A DNA stretch of 64,000 nucleotides, taken from positions 179,738,001 to 179,802,000 of the forward strand of contig OZ024740.1 in the NCBI GenBank assembly GCA_964016885.1. The letters run 5' to 3'. The notes below the pieces were generated by a model. The model ran no database searches and had not been told where the DNA came from. It saw only the letters and a list, made by a program, of their open reading frames with translations. This document shows, piece after piece, positions 1-12,915 of this stretch; the stretch's first letter is position 1; the number at the start of each line of letters is the position of its first letter. This DNA comes from Eledone cirrhosa. Taxonomy: Eukaryota. The position numbers were made by a program, and so were the translations under genes.

Positions 1-295
1 CTTTGCCTTTCCTCCTTACGGGGTCGATAAAATAAAGTACCAGTAATGCACTGGGTAATTGCTGGCCTTGTGCCTAAAGTAGAAACAATTAAATTTGATA
101 ACAACCGGTGGATTGGCAGTATCGGTAGAGGGTCGGACGCCATGCTTTGACGCATAGAGTTACGGCCCTTATCATTGTGAGTTCAAATCCCGCCGAGGTT
201 AACTTAGCCATTCATCCTTACGGGGTCGATAAAATAAAGTACCAGTAATGTACTGGGTTATTGCTGGTCTTGTGCCAAAGGTAGAAACAATTAAA
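1..295 (+). mobile_element. Two adjacent copies of the tRNA-derived SINE (first truncated by the window edge, second ~106-295)
   Basis: A-box-like tggcagtatcggt, B-box gagttcaaatcc, body catccttacggggtcgataaaataaagtaccag, tail gtagaaacaatt; same family recurs many times in the window. Confidence 0.85.
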
Positions 296-607
296 TTTGA
301 ATAACAACCAATTATTACACTACATGCAACACAACACCAGCATCACAGAAAAAGTCTACACAACAACCCCAAAATTCACACCACCTCCACACATACAAAT
401 CACTCGCATCACACAGAAAACGTACACGACACTAAAACAAACATTCCCCAAAGACATCGGAGACTTCCAACAAACACTCTCCAGGAGGATTTATAAGGAC
501 ATCCTTCCGGAGGAGGCCACAAGCACTGAAAATGATGGACAAACCATCCTTCCTCTACGAAAAGTACGGTAAGTGGTCTTTCCCATCTTTTCCACTCTAT
601 TTTAAAC

Positions 608-3600
608 ATGACCTCACTCAGAATAAACAGCATAAATGCGCGTGGCTTGGGGTCGTCATGGAAGGAGGGCCACCTGCTCAACGACCTCAGGTCACTAAAC
701 AGATGTAGTGGCCACCAGCGAGAGCAGAATCTCCGAAGCACGGATCTTCGGCGGGTACGATGTGTATGCATCTCCCAGCCGTGCTGGATCGGGGGGAAGA
801 GTTCCTGTGCTTTTTCGGAGAGGTTTGGATCTCGCTATACGGGCCATCTTCCAGGACCTAGAGGGTAAGTTGGTGGTGCTGGACGTGACCAGCGGAGACG
901 GCCAAGCTTTCAGGCTAGTGGCCGTCTATGCGGCGACAGGAGCAGGGCGGCCTGATTTCTTCCGGCGTCTGGAGACCTTTCTTGGAACGTCCCGCTCTTT
1001 AGTGTTAGTGGGCGACTGGAACGGGATGTTAGATGCACGCTGTAACTGTGTGGGATTAGCGGATAGGGGTGGAAGGTGCAAGAGCCTCACCAACTTGCTC
1101 AGGCGTTTTGAACTGTCTGACAGGTACCGATTGGATTTCCCGAATGTGCCAATGTGGACTTGGACAAATCGCATAGGGTCATCCAGATCATATCTAGATA
1201 GAGTATTTTGTAGGGAAATAGATAGGTCTAGCATAGGCTGACCACAATTCAAGATAGTCATCTACACGGACCATAAATTCGTGATCTGTGTGCTTGACTT
1301 AGATAGGCTTCATAAACGATGACCCGGCTATTGGGAGCTAAACGCGTCCTTACCAGCGCGCAAGGTCTACAGAGACCGGATTAGCGAACTAGTTAAGCGG
1401 GCGTTGACGGGGGCCATCGTCAACAACAAGTGGTGGTTTGCTCTGAAAAGAGCGATTAGAATAGAATCGATTAGGTTTAGTAAGGCTTTAGCAATAGAGA
1501 AAAATAGAGCAGACGGAGAAATAGTTAGAAAATTAGACGAGGCGCTTAGCAAAGGCATTGCGACCGACGTGCTTGCGGCGAAATTGGCGCTTGAACAATT
1601 TTTCAATGCAAAGGACGAAGGCTGCGTTGTCAGAGCTAGGGTGCGTGCTCTCAGACACGAGGGGACGAAAGCCGTTCAATGGGCCCGAGTGGCGGAGTCG
1701 CGTCGTGGCAACAAAGCCACGATCCGGTCTTTGGTGGACCACAACGGGCGCATGCTACTCGATCCTGGGCAAATGTGTGAAGATTTTCAGCGACACTTCG
1801 CTCAGCTGTTCGAGGGCAGCGGTGAGCCGGGTCGAGCGATGGACTTTAGGGTCTACCTCGACGGACTGCCGCGGCTCCCGGCCACTGACGCGGAGTGTTG
1901 CTAAAGGCCGATAACAGCCGCTGATATACGGGAGGCAATGACTGGCTGCACAAGGGGTAAATCGCCTGGTTTGGATGGTCTTCCCTATGAACTTTACGTA
2001 CAGATGCCAGACTTGTTCGGAGACCTCCTGGCGGACGTCTACTGCAAATGGCAACAGAACGGGACAATTCCCAGCTCTGTGAGCCGAGGAGCGGTGGCAC
2101 TTCTAAGAAAGGATCCGTACAAGGGGGATAACATAGATAATTTCAGGCCCATAACTCTGCTAAACACAGAGTTCAAGATTTTGGCCAAGGTGCTAGCAAA
2201 GAGGTTGGCGCTTGTCATTGGTGGTATGGTGGGAGAAGTGCAGACATGCGACATTCCCGACAGATCCATCCACGACAACCTCCACCTCATGCGATACATC
2301 GTAGAGAGGGTAGCTAGGGAACCTGGCACGGGTGGGTCCTTGATCAATTTAGGTCAGTCAAAAGCTTTCGATAGGGTCGACTATCGTTACCTAGCGGCAG
2401 TCCTGAGGGCGGCTGGCTTTGGGCCCATCTTCAGAGGCTGGATCGCTGCCATGCAGAGCGACATCTGCTCTGTGGTGAGAGTGAACGGTCACCTTTCGGA
2501 ACCGTTCAATATCATGCGCTCGGTCCGCCAAGGATGTCCCCTCTCGTCCCTCTTGTACGTATTGACTCTCGAGCCATTACTGCACAAACTGGAGACGTTA
2601 AGGGGCTTCCCGCGCGAACTGGGATGCGGAAGATCCGTGTCAGCATATGCGGACGATGTGACCGTAGTGGTGTCGAACGCCAAACACATCGAGGCGATCG
2701 GCACCACACTAAGAGAATACGAAGCGGTGACAGGAGCAATGATGAACCAGGAAAAGTCAGTGGGCCTGCAGCTCGGCACCTGGAGAGGCAGGTCCATGCC
2801 GTCCAACAGCGACGTCGGACGCTGGACGGACGGACCGGTTAAATTGCTAGGGGTTTGGTTCGGTCCGGACCTCCAGACTGACAAAACCTGGGACGAGGTG
2901 ACGAGCAGGCTGGCTTTTCTCACCCAGAAATGGGCGTAGAGGAAGATCTCCCTGAAAGATCGAGCGGAGGTGGCTAACGCGTACATCGCGTCTGTCATCT
3001 GCTACCGCCTGACCGCCGTACCTTGTCCTAAGCCCCGCCTGACTGCGCTGGGGCGTTTGCTCTTTCGCTTTTTGTGGAAGGGACGCGCTCCGATGGTCAG
3101 GCGGTCCATCTGTTATCAACACCCGCTACTGGAAGGCTGGGCATGCAGTGGCTGATGATGCGCAGACACGCGCTCAGGCTACGACATCTCCACTTCTTCC
3201 TCGACGGTGGTCAGGTGTGGTCGCCTTTTGCTAGACACGCATTTCCCCAGCTCTTTTCCTTGACGGAGCTGCAGTCCTGGGTCAAGCGAAGACCGAGAGG
3301 TAGCGCCTGGAGACTGGAATGTCTTCAGGCGTTCTCACCCCTCGACCAATCGGGCACTGTGATCGATGGAAACTCCACCTCGGCGTTCTATAGGGGATTA
3401 GTGGAGGGTAAGAGCGACGACGTACTTGGAGAAACTCTAGGCGTCGACGAAAATCAACTAGCCAATCTCTACGGAAGAACTTTCGGGCCTGGGCCTATGA
3501 AGAAATCTCTGGCCTGGCAGTGCTACCGAGGAGCCTTGCCAGTTCGAGATAAACTCTACAGGCATGGAGGTGCCGTCAGCCGAGGATGTCCGAGATGCGC

Positions 3601-4240
3601 GCAGGGCGACGAGACCGTCCTGTACGCACTCGTCCAGTGTCTGAATATTGCTGACTTGTGGGTTTATGTCGAACACCTGCTGTCGCGTGTAGGACGGATC
3701 CGGCTATCATCTGAGTCCATCGTGAGGATTGCCCCGCCCTCTGCTTTAGCCGGGAAGGTCAGGCAGGTTTTATCTGTCTGGTGGCCATGTCGAAAGAGAT
3801 AGTATGGTGGCCACGTTTGAAAGGGCTGAAGACGAGCACTTACCTCTTCGGTGATGCCCTGATTGACTTTTTCAAATTTCATTTGAAAAGGAAAATCAGA
3901 GTAGAGAAGGAAGTGCTCTCTTCCCAGCATTTTGTTGATAGATGGGTGAGAGGAGCAAGTGAATGGGCCTACTCTGAGTATGTATCTGTAAATTAAAGGT
4001 GGAAAACTGGGAGAGGGCACTTGCCTTGGTGGTCAGGGTCACTGTGGCCTTTTACTGGGCTTTCTTCACAAATGTCCCTCCGAAGTCTCACCCCTATTGG
4101 GGAATTTTTCATTGTCATCTTTTGTTCCTCTGTTTCTTTTTTTTATACGCAGAAATGCCCATTTGTACCGTCCTGTATTGTCCTGCACTGTCCTTAATGT
4201 CTACTTTATGTAAACCCTTGAGGTTAATAAAGAAATCATT
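608..4240 (+). mobile_element. L1/Tx1-clade non-LTR retrotransposon ORF2 (APE endonuclease, RT, C-terminal Cys motif), disrupted by stops and frameshifts
   Basis: SINARGL, LVGDWN, WTW, YLDR (APE); GKSPGLDGLP, NFRPITLLN, VRQGCPLS, YADD (RT, ORF 1938-2939); CPRC..ET (ORF 3074-3802); aataaa ~4226 then (tta)n. Confidence 0.92.
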
Positions 4241-4242
4241 AA

Positions 4243-4271
<29 letters not shown>

Positions 4272-4274
<3 letters not shown>

Positions 4275-6285
4275 CTTGAATCTCAGTCATTGATGTTGGT
4301 TAACTGGAAAGTCCGTTGGATTGAATATCAAGCCACTACCTGCAGCCTCAGATATTCAGGACGTATCGGAGGGTTCTTGCTGTTCCAAGCAAGCATGTCT
4401 TTTGAAGCGTTCCAAAAAGCGCGAAGGGGCCGATTTTCTTTAACCATCCCTGGAAACTTTTGGAGATAGTCCCCAGTGCGCCTATGACAATCGGGATCAC
4501 TTTGACTTCATGGCAGTTCCAAATCCTTTTCACCTCCCACTTTAGGTCCTGGTATCGGTTAATTTTCTCCCTCTCCTTCTCTTGCACTCTCGTGTCGAAC
4601 GGGCAGGCCACATCCACAATCAGACACGATCTTTTTTCTTTGTCCACAACCACCAGGTCAGGTCTATTGTGTTCCAGTATTTTGTCCGTCTGTATCCTAA
4701 AATCCCACAGCACCTTCACCTGATTGTTCTCCATCACCGCCTCTGGCCTATGCTCATACCATTTCTCAGAATGTGGTAAATTGTTTACTTTGCACAGGTG
4801 CCAGTGGATCACCCTGCCCATCACATCGTGTCTCCAGCCCTTATAGTGGGTCTGGGCTAGGTGTTTACACTCGGACACAATGTGAGCCACAGTCTCCTCT
4901 CTCTCTCCACAGATCCTGCACAGTGGGCTAGCCTCCTCCTTGTAAATATGGTGCTTCAACCACTTCGTTTTGAGGGCCTGCTCTTGCGCAGCCATTAGCA
5001 TTCCTTCTGTAGCGTTTTGAGGTCTCCTCTTCTCAACCAGTTCCATGTCTGTGGATCTCTAAATTCAGTTTTCTCAAAGAAGGTACTATGAAGGGATTTT
5101 CCCTTAAGGCTGCTCTTCCTCCTTGATGTTATTTCCTCCTTGGACATCCCCTGGCCTACTGTCCCCTCCTTCAGTACAGTTCTGAGCATTGGCTCCTTAC
5201 TATAGGTCACGTATTTGTATCGGTTGTTTTTCTCCATCTGAACACAGTCCTCTATGCTGATAAGACCTCTTCCACCCTCAGATCTCCTTAGGTAGAGTCT
5301 ATCGACATCACTCCTCTTGTGGAATATGTTGTAGATAGTCAATAGCTTCCTAGTCTTCCTATCCATTTCTTTTTGTTCAGCAACATTCCATCTCAGAATT
5401 CCCGCACTGTACCTAATAATAGACACAGCTCGGGAATTTACTGCGCTTATGGCATTTCTGCTGTTCAGATGTGACTTCAATACGCTCCTTACTCTCCGAA
5501 TGTATTCAGTTCTTAACAATTCCTTCATTTTTTTGTTCTTTATGCCATCAGCCTCCAGAACGCCCAAATACTTGTATCCTTCCTCAGAGTCAATTTCCTT
5601 TATTATTTCACCTGTTGGTATCTGGATCCCGTTACTTCTGCTCAACCTACCCCTCCTCATCACAATGACTCCACATTTACCAATACCAAACTGCATACAT
5701 ATATCATTGCTGAAAATACGGACAGTGTCAACAAGCACATCCAACTCCTTCTCACTTTTCCCGAAGAGCTTAAGATCGTCCATGAAGAGGAGGTGATTGA
5801 TGGTAAGCTCTCCCCTTCCCAACTTGTATCCTGCTCTCACTTTTCGCAGCATAATGGTCAAGGGCATCAGGGCAAGGACAAACAACAGAGGGGACAGGCT
5901 ATCTCCCTGGAAGATACCTCTCTTGATCTTCACGCTTCCCAAGGATACTCCAGTTGATGTCAACTCTGTCTCCCAGGACCCCCTACTCCTGCCCAGCAAC
6001 TGTCTGATGTTGTCTGCCACCCTGAAGATCTCCAGGCTTTTGGTGATCCAAGAATGAGGCACCATGCCAAATGCCTTTCTGTAGTCTATCCATCCCATGG
6101 CAAGATCAGTGTGTCTCCTCCTGCAATTCCCCATTACCATCTTATCAATAAGTAACTGGTCCTTTGTACCACGTGACTTCTTTCGGCATCCTTTCTGTTC
6201 GTCCGGTAACAAGTTGTTTGTGTGGAGGTGATGGTAGATTTCCTCAGACACAATGCTCGTCAACAGTTTCCACATTACGGACAGA
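4272..6285 (-). mobile_element. 5'-truncated R4/Dong-type (RLE) non-LTR retrotransposon inserted in (TAA)n
   Basis: ORF 4995-6275 RT ([19 protein letters not shown]); one frameshift to ORF 4348-5046 with CCHC (CRIC..ETVAHIVSEC) and RLE (RPDLVVVD..DVACPFD..KINRY); (TTA)n on both sides. Confidence 0.9.
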
Positions 6286-6286
6286 C

Positions 6287-6287
6287 A

Positions 6288-6384
<97 letters not shown>

Positions 6385-6401
6385 CAGTAGTAGTAGTAAT
6401 T

Positions 6402-6459
<58 letters not shown>

Positions 6460-6470
6460 CAGTAGTAGTA
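6287..6470. repeat. (TTA)n then (GTA)n microsatellite
   Basis: direct reading. Confidence 0.97.
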
Positions 6471-7504
6471 TTCCTGGGAGTATCGTGTGTCAGAGTCTTC
6501 AAGCATGGCTTCTAGGAGCCTGCCTCCCCCCATGACCACATATGTGATAAAGAATGTTAACAGACATAAATAAATAGAGACACATACATGAGTAATTGCA
6601 CAAACATCCATTCGGATATAACACAAGACAAATCTACATGCCAATCTCAACTTTTGTTTATTCTTTTGAATTTAGTATGGCAATAAATATTTTATCACCA
6701 TCAATATAATCAAGAGAAACAATATTTTTCTTTTATAAATATGAATTAACACAGACCAAAGAGAATGATGAAGAGATATGTATAGCTATCTTTTACGTGT
6801 AAACGGTGTTTGTTGGCAAAATAGAAGCACAATATTAATATCTTTCTTAATTTATGGGAAAGCAATCTGGTGAACAACAACCTTTACTCTTCTTTGTAAT
6901 TATAAGAACATTTATTTAGATATCCTTCCATAAAATCTTAATATTACATTACATTAATGAGTCTTTATATTTTAAGATAAATAGTAGATTAACAGCTGCA
7001 TGCGGTTGAATTAATGGGATACAGACAATCAACTCAACACGGTTTAGATCGTATAATTCGTTACCAATAAACTTATATCTGTAGAAAACACTATCTATGA
7101 AAATATAAATTGATGCAGGAAGGTATCATTTAGTTTCCCATATTAATGTGACCTTACAGTCATTCATGAGTGATTTTGTATCGTTAAGTAACAATCTAAA
7201 ATTAGGTATAACCAGAACAAATTTGAAGTCACTACTCGCATTTGTATATAAAAATATGCAATGAGAATATGGTTGACTTCTTACATATATATGTCAGTTG
7301 ACAAAATCTCAATAAAATATAGGTTTTTCAGCAAACGACATAATACTAAATAATGTAAATGTGTCCCAGACGGTAGAACAATGAACTTACCATTTACAAC
7401 ATTTACACACGTATCGTAATTGATTTATAAACAGTTTCTTTTGATTATATTTAGGGATTAAGAAGAAATAAAAAAATGGTAATATAGTAAATGAATATAT
7501 ATAT

Positions 7505-7837
7505 ATATTAATTCAAAATATTAACAAAAATAGACATTCGTGGGATCAAGTATACTTTATTATACATATTTCAGAGGTACTGAGCTAACTTCAACAGTAC
7601 GTCCTCATCAGATAAAATAAGATGATGCATGACATACCCTGACTTAGTAGATGGTTAAGATTCAGTCATGGTAGTCATAATAATAATAATAAAACCATGT
7701 CAGGGTATGTCATGCATCATCTTATTTTATCTGATGAGGACGTACTGTTGGAGTTAGCTCTGTACCTCTGAAATATGTATAATAAAATATACTTGATCAC
7801 ACGAATGTCTATTTTTGTTAATATTTTGAATTAATAT
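7505..7837. repeat. 139-bp inverted repeat (7505-7643 / 7699-7837) between (TA)n tracts; Penelope pLTR-like fold-back
   Basis: arms are reverse complements with a few mismatches; each arm carries a hammerhead motif. Confidence 0.9.
7723..7789 (+). ncRNA. Type I hammerhead ribozyme (mirror copy on minus strand ~7553-7619)
   Basis: stem I tattttat/ataaaata; CTGATGA 7731; stem II gga-c-gtac/gtac-c-tct; GAAA 7770; quasi-palindromic stem III atatgtat; AUA cleavage triplet. Confidence 0.75.
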
Positions 7838-7927
7838 TAATAACTCCGGAAAACCATAACTGTTGAGTACTTCCAATCTATTGTAAAACTCATTCTTTGA
7901 TTTCTTCATTGAACCTTGTTTAACCTT

Positions 7928-7995
<68 letters not shown>

Positions 7996-8020
7996 TGTAA
8001 TAAACAATATAAGATAGTTA

Positions 8021-8084
8021 ATTCATTTACCAGTGGTTTCTTGAACACAGATATTTATATCTGTCTTCAGTCGTCAGAACGAAT
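8021..8084 (-). ncRNA. Type I hammerhead ribozyme
   Basis: minus strand reads attcgtt CTGACGA c tgaagacagatat aa atatctgtgttca a GAAA cca c tgg TA aatgaat: stems I, II and III pair, GUA site. Confidence 0.8.
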
Positions 8085-8430
8085 AAAATGCAATGTTTAT
8101 TAAATATGGATTTGAAAACAAAATTTAGGATAAATGAAAGTGAGGTTGAAACCAAATAACGGGCAAAGAATTGAGGGGAAAAATATATAAATAACTATCC
8201 AGAATATAAACATACAGACACTAAAACACGCGCTTATATTTAATAGTACGTAAACGTATACATTCTCACATAAATGTATGTGCGTCTACATGGAAATACG
8301 AACAACGCATATAAACGCGTGATCTTTTGCTCAGATATGTGCGCACAGAAGCGCACACACTCGCACATATACTCAATAATAACGTAAAATCTATATATAC
8401 ATACATGCATATCCCTCCATACTCATATAC

Positions 8431-8497
<67 letters not shown>

Positions 8498-8666
8498 TAC
8501 GCACGGATATATATACACACAAACACAAACACATATATAAACATGTATACACACACATACACATAAATACATAAACACAAGTCTCTATGCATACATGCAC
8601 ATATATATACACACACACGTATACATAGAACCATATAAACACATACATATCCATACATATATATAT

Positions 8667-11527
8667 ACAAAGACGGTTGAACTGCTTTACGTTGAGTACT
8701 CTCTATATTATTGCATTACGATTGACCATACGGAATAGACCAGCTCTATACAGTGGTGAACCTCAAACCTGAATAAATAACGCTCCTGAAATGTTGAGCA
8801 CTTCAAAATGTAATAATCAACAGCGGCATGGGACTGAATATATCTAACCACAATTCGAACTTTGGCTACCCGGTGCTTTCGCCTGGCCCTTTGCTACTCC
8901 CCTCACAGAATATCCGAACTTCGACGAAACTCCACGGACTGGACCATAACATGCATTGTACTGCACTGAATTAACTAAATGGCTACCCTATACTTCTGGG
9001 CATGTATAACTCACACTGAACTCCCAGACTCGAACACGCACTGTTTCCACATCTATATGCATTATCTGACTGCAACTTGAACTATATTGTATTTCTCCTG
9101 CGTCTTGAACTCTCCATTTAATAGACAACGACTCTTGTTTGTTTATTTATATCTTTACATCTCTATTTGCTGTATTAATGCTCCTCCACGTATTCTACCT
9201 CTATACATCCATGTACTTTCTACTTCCCTTATTCGGACTTTTACTCGCGTGTACCCTCAGCACACGTCACTGGAATATTTCCCCCTGGGAACATAAATAC
9301 CGCAACCTGAACTATATTGTATTTCTCCTGTCTCTTGAACTCTACATTTACTAGACAACGACTATTGTTTGTTTATCTATATCTTCACATCTTTGTTTGC
9401 TGTATTAATGTCCTGATTTCTCCATCTTACTCCAACACCACTCTTGTTGGTTTATTTACATGTTTATACCTATATATTGATATGTTTATATATTTATACC
9501 TCTGCTGTACCAATGTGCTCTTCCACGTATTCCACTTCTATGTATCCATGTATTTCTACTCCTCACATTGGGACCTGTACCCATTAGCACACGACACTAG
9601 AATGTCTCCTCCTGAGAACAAAAATTAAACATTACACGACTATATCCCGTACTCTACATCCCACTAGGATAAATTACAGATCTACATAATACAATTAACG
9701 TTTCTTCATAAAAGACTATTTAATTAAACCCCGCAACCCAAAACCTCATAGAAGTTATTTGAATGTCTAATCTTCAATTTTCTGTTTGTTCAATTCTCAA
9801 TCCTCTTACTCCTTAGTTTTATAATGTTATTATGAATTCTTTCAACTTCATCCGATAGAGTTAAGCAAAATTCTAAAGTTCCAACTTTCTGTCGGACCGT
9901 TGGGTGGGTTTTAGCGGCGGCGCGACCAGCTCCCTGGCGAACGGGCTCACCTGGAGTGCTTGGAAAAATAAATTTCCCCTTCTTTCGGTAAATGAAAATA
10001 CTCGGCGTGGCTTAATTAGCCATGGGGCCCGGGGCGCGGCCGGTGTTATAACCGCCAAATAGTACCTTTAAATTACAGAACAATTCGGAAATATTAGATA
10101 TATCAACCTGAAACTGTTGAGCTTTAAATTTTCTAACCTCTTTAATATGGAATATTGATTATTAATTTATTAATTTTTTAACTTCATCCTATAAGTCTAA
10201 ACATTGTAACACACTGACCCCCAATATATTCACCTCTGCTAAGATGCGAGTCCCTGTGAAAATTTTGTCGCGCCACTCCTGGCCCGACTGTGGTGTGACA
10301 TTAATATCGACCTTCCTTCCTCTCTCTTTCTATCTTCCTTCTTGTAGCTATCAACCATTACTCTTTTACTTCTCTAAGCAAAATTTTAAAGTTCCAACTT
10401 TCTGTCGGACTATTGGGTAGGTTTTAATGGCGGCGCGACCAGCTCCCTGGCGAACGGGCTCACCTGGAGTGCTTGGAAAAATAAATTTCCCCTTCTTTCG
10501 GTAAATGAAAATACTCGGCGTGGCTTAATTAGCCATGGGGCCCGGGGCGCGGCCGGTGTTGTAACCGCCAAATAGTACCTTTAAATTACAGAACAATTCG
10601 GAAATATTAGATATATCAACCTGAAACTGTTGAGCTTTAAATTTTCTAACCTCTTTAATATGGAATATTGATTATTAATTTTTTTAACTTCATCCTAGAA
10701 GTCTAAACACTGTAAAACACTGACTCCCAATATATTCACCTCCGCTAAGATGCGGGTCCCTGTGAAAATTTTCTCACGCCACTCCTGGCTTGACCGTGGT
10801 CTGACATTAATATCGACCTTTCTTCCTCTTTCTTTCTATCTTCCTTCTTGTAGCCATCAACCCTTACTTTTCTACTTCTCTCTTCCCTTCCTTCTCTCCT
10901 CCCCTCCTCCTGTCTTCCTCCCGCAGACTTATCTTCCTTCCCCCTCTTGCTTGCCTATATCTGACCAGTAGTAGTTGCCTTCCTCTTTTAGCTGACATTA
11001 ACCCTGACTTCTCTTCTTCTTTCTTCCCCCTTCTTCTCCTTCCTTTCTTTCTTTCTTTCTTTCTTTTACCTTGTGTCATGGGATCGACGTTAACCTATGC
11101 TCCCATCCCTTTCTGTTTTCGTTCATCTGACCGGTAGTAGCATACTATAAAATTTAGCCACGTCACTCCAGGGCGACCGGCTGAGGTTGAAGGAACAGAA
11201 TAGCGGTCGCTCTCGGGTCTCGATTTTCAGCCCCATGGATTTTACCTATTACATTCACGTATTATATTTCGAATACCTGATGATATCACCGGATTCATAC
11301 GGAACCCGGTCATTGAAATGATCATAGTATAATAAACCTTTCAAGGATTTACACAAATCCAGCCTCCTGTCATTTCATTATAATATTTAACTCCGTAATA
11401 GCACCACCAACTACAAAAACAAAGACGGTTGAACTGCTTTACGTTGAGTACTCTCTATATTATTGCATTACGATTGACCATACGGAATAGACCAGCTCTA
11501 TACAGTGGTGAACCTCAAACCTGAATA
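8667..11527 (+). mobile_element. Non-coding ~2.86-kb element with 109-bp terminal direct repeats (8667-8775, 11419-11527), internal duplications and a 3' hammerhead
   Basis: matching terminal repeats flanked by TA-rich tracts; internal ~513-bp tandem (9862/10375) and ~100-bp duplication (~9076/~9306); no credible ORF. Confidence 0.8.
11273..11330 (+). ncRNA. Type I hammerhead ribozyme followed by AATAAA
   Basis: atac CTGATGA t atcaccgg...ccggtcat t GAAA tgatca TA gtat; palindromic stem III atgatcat; aataaa 11331-11336. Confidence 0.75.
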
Positions 11528-11637
11528 CATATATATGTATATATATATATGCACATACCTATATTAATATATACAAACCATTGGAACTAGTTCAGGGACA
11601 GATAAAAATAAAGATAGCACAAATTAAAAAAGTATGA

Positions 11638-11813
11638 GAAAATAAAAATAAAAATAAAAATAAAAATAAAAATAAAAATAAAAATAAAAATAAAAATAAA
11701 AATAAAAATAAAAATAAAAATAAAAATAAAAATAAAAATAAAAATAAAAATAAAAATAAAAATAAAAATGAAAATAAAAATAAAAATAAAAATAAAAATA
11801 AAAATAAAAATAA
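11638..11813. repeat. (AAAAAT)n hexanucleotide microsatellite
   Basis: direct reading. Confidence 0.97.
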
Positions 11814-11951
11814 ACCCATAAAGGGACGTGTTAAAAGCGAAAGGTGCGTTCACACGTAAACATAAGTACATAACACACGTACATGCGCACTCACGCGAGC
11901 GCGCACACCCGCAATAATAAATCAATACACGCATACATATATACATAAGTC

Positions 11952-11996
<45 letters not shown>

Positions 11997-12212
11997 TTAT
12001 ATATATATATATATATATACATATATACAGACACACACACATGCATACATACATACACGTGACGTGTGTGTGTGTGTATAAACATAGAGGCAGACAAACT
12101 ATATAAACACACACACTCGCAGGTAGGAGTATACAAAAGGGGGTACCAAAAAGTGAAAAGATATACTCACAGTTCCACGCGCAAAAAAATGTTATACTAT
12201 TAGATAAACAAA

Positions 12213-12403
12213 TAATTGTTTCTACCTTTGGCACAAGGCCAGCAATTAAACAGTGTATTACTGGTACTATATTTCATCGACCCCATAAGGATGAAAGGCA
12301 AAGTTAACCTCGGCGGGATTTGAACTCAGAATGGCAAGGGCCGTAATTCTATGCGTCAAAGCTTGGCGTCCGACCCTCTACCAATACTGCCAAACCACTG
12401 CCG
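12213..12403 (-). mobile_element. tRNA-derived SINE, full length
   Basis: reverse complement of the 106-295 family. Confidence 0.85.
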
Positions 12404-12555
12404 TAATAATCAAATGTAATAATAGAGAAAAATGAGGGAGAAAAAATGTATATATGTGTAGAAAGTAAGTGCTTATATGAAAACTGGATAAGAAGTATGT
12501 TCATAAGATGATGATATTGGTAGTGAGTGGAAGGCGTAATAGGTAAAGAGGAAGC

Positions 12556-12840
12556 TCAGGGTGGTTGAGTAATCATTGGTGTGTTAATGCAGCTAAAAAG
12601 TAGATGCGATTTCAGGTACGGACAACATCTCAAGATCTCAGTCTTAGAGTTGACGCAAGTGGGAGGGGTTTTCAGGTCTTGGAGATTTCTAAATTTTTCC
12701 GTATAATAAAAAGAACATTTCTTTGAGCCCATTTGGTATTCTCTTGAGTGGTCTAAAATAGACCAATCAATAGAGTATGGAGTGTTTTTGTCTTTAAACT
12801 CCCACACTTTATTTGCCAGGGCCGTTGCTGTAAATACTTC
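12556..12840 (-). mobile_element. Penelope-like element fragment, GIY-YIG endonuclease C-terminus
   Basis: TALANKVWEFKDKNTPYSIDWSIL..Y..GSKKC....TEK..VNSKTEILRCC resembles PLE endonuclease C-termini; abuts (TA)n. Confidence 0.65.

Positions 12841-12905
<65 letters not shown>

Positions 12906-12915
<10 letters not shown>

Noticed and set aside
106-200. tRNA gene
   Set aside because: The A and B boxes belong to a SINE head; no complete cloverleaf
297-572. 91-aa ORF upstream of the LINE
   Set aside because: C/A-biased with no motif; may be a retroelement scrap but cannot be assigned
6164-6650. Poly-amino-acid ORFs here, and the many YI/CV/TH-repeat ORFs throughout the window
   Set aside because: They are translations of microsatellites
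9910-9960. HDV-like ribozyme in the GC-rich core
   Set aside because: P1 and P2 partners for the nested pseudoknot could not be found
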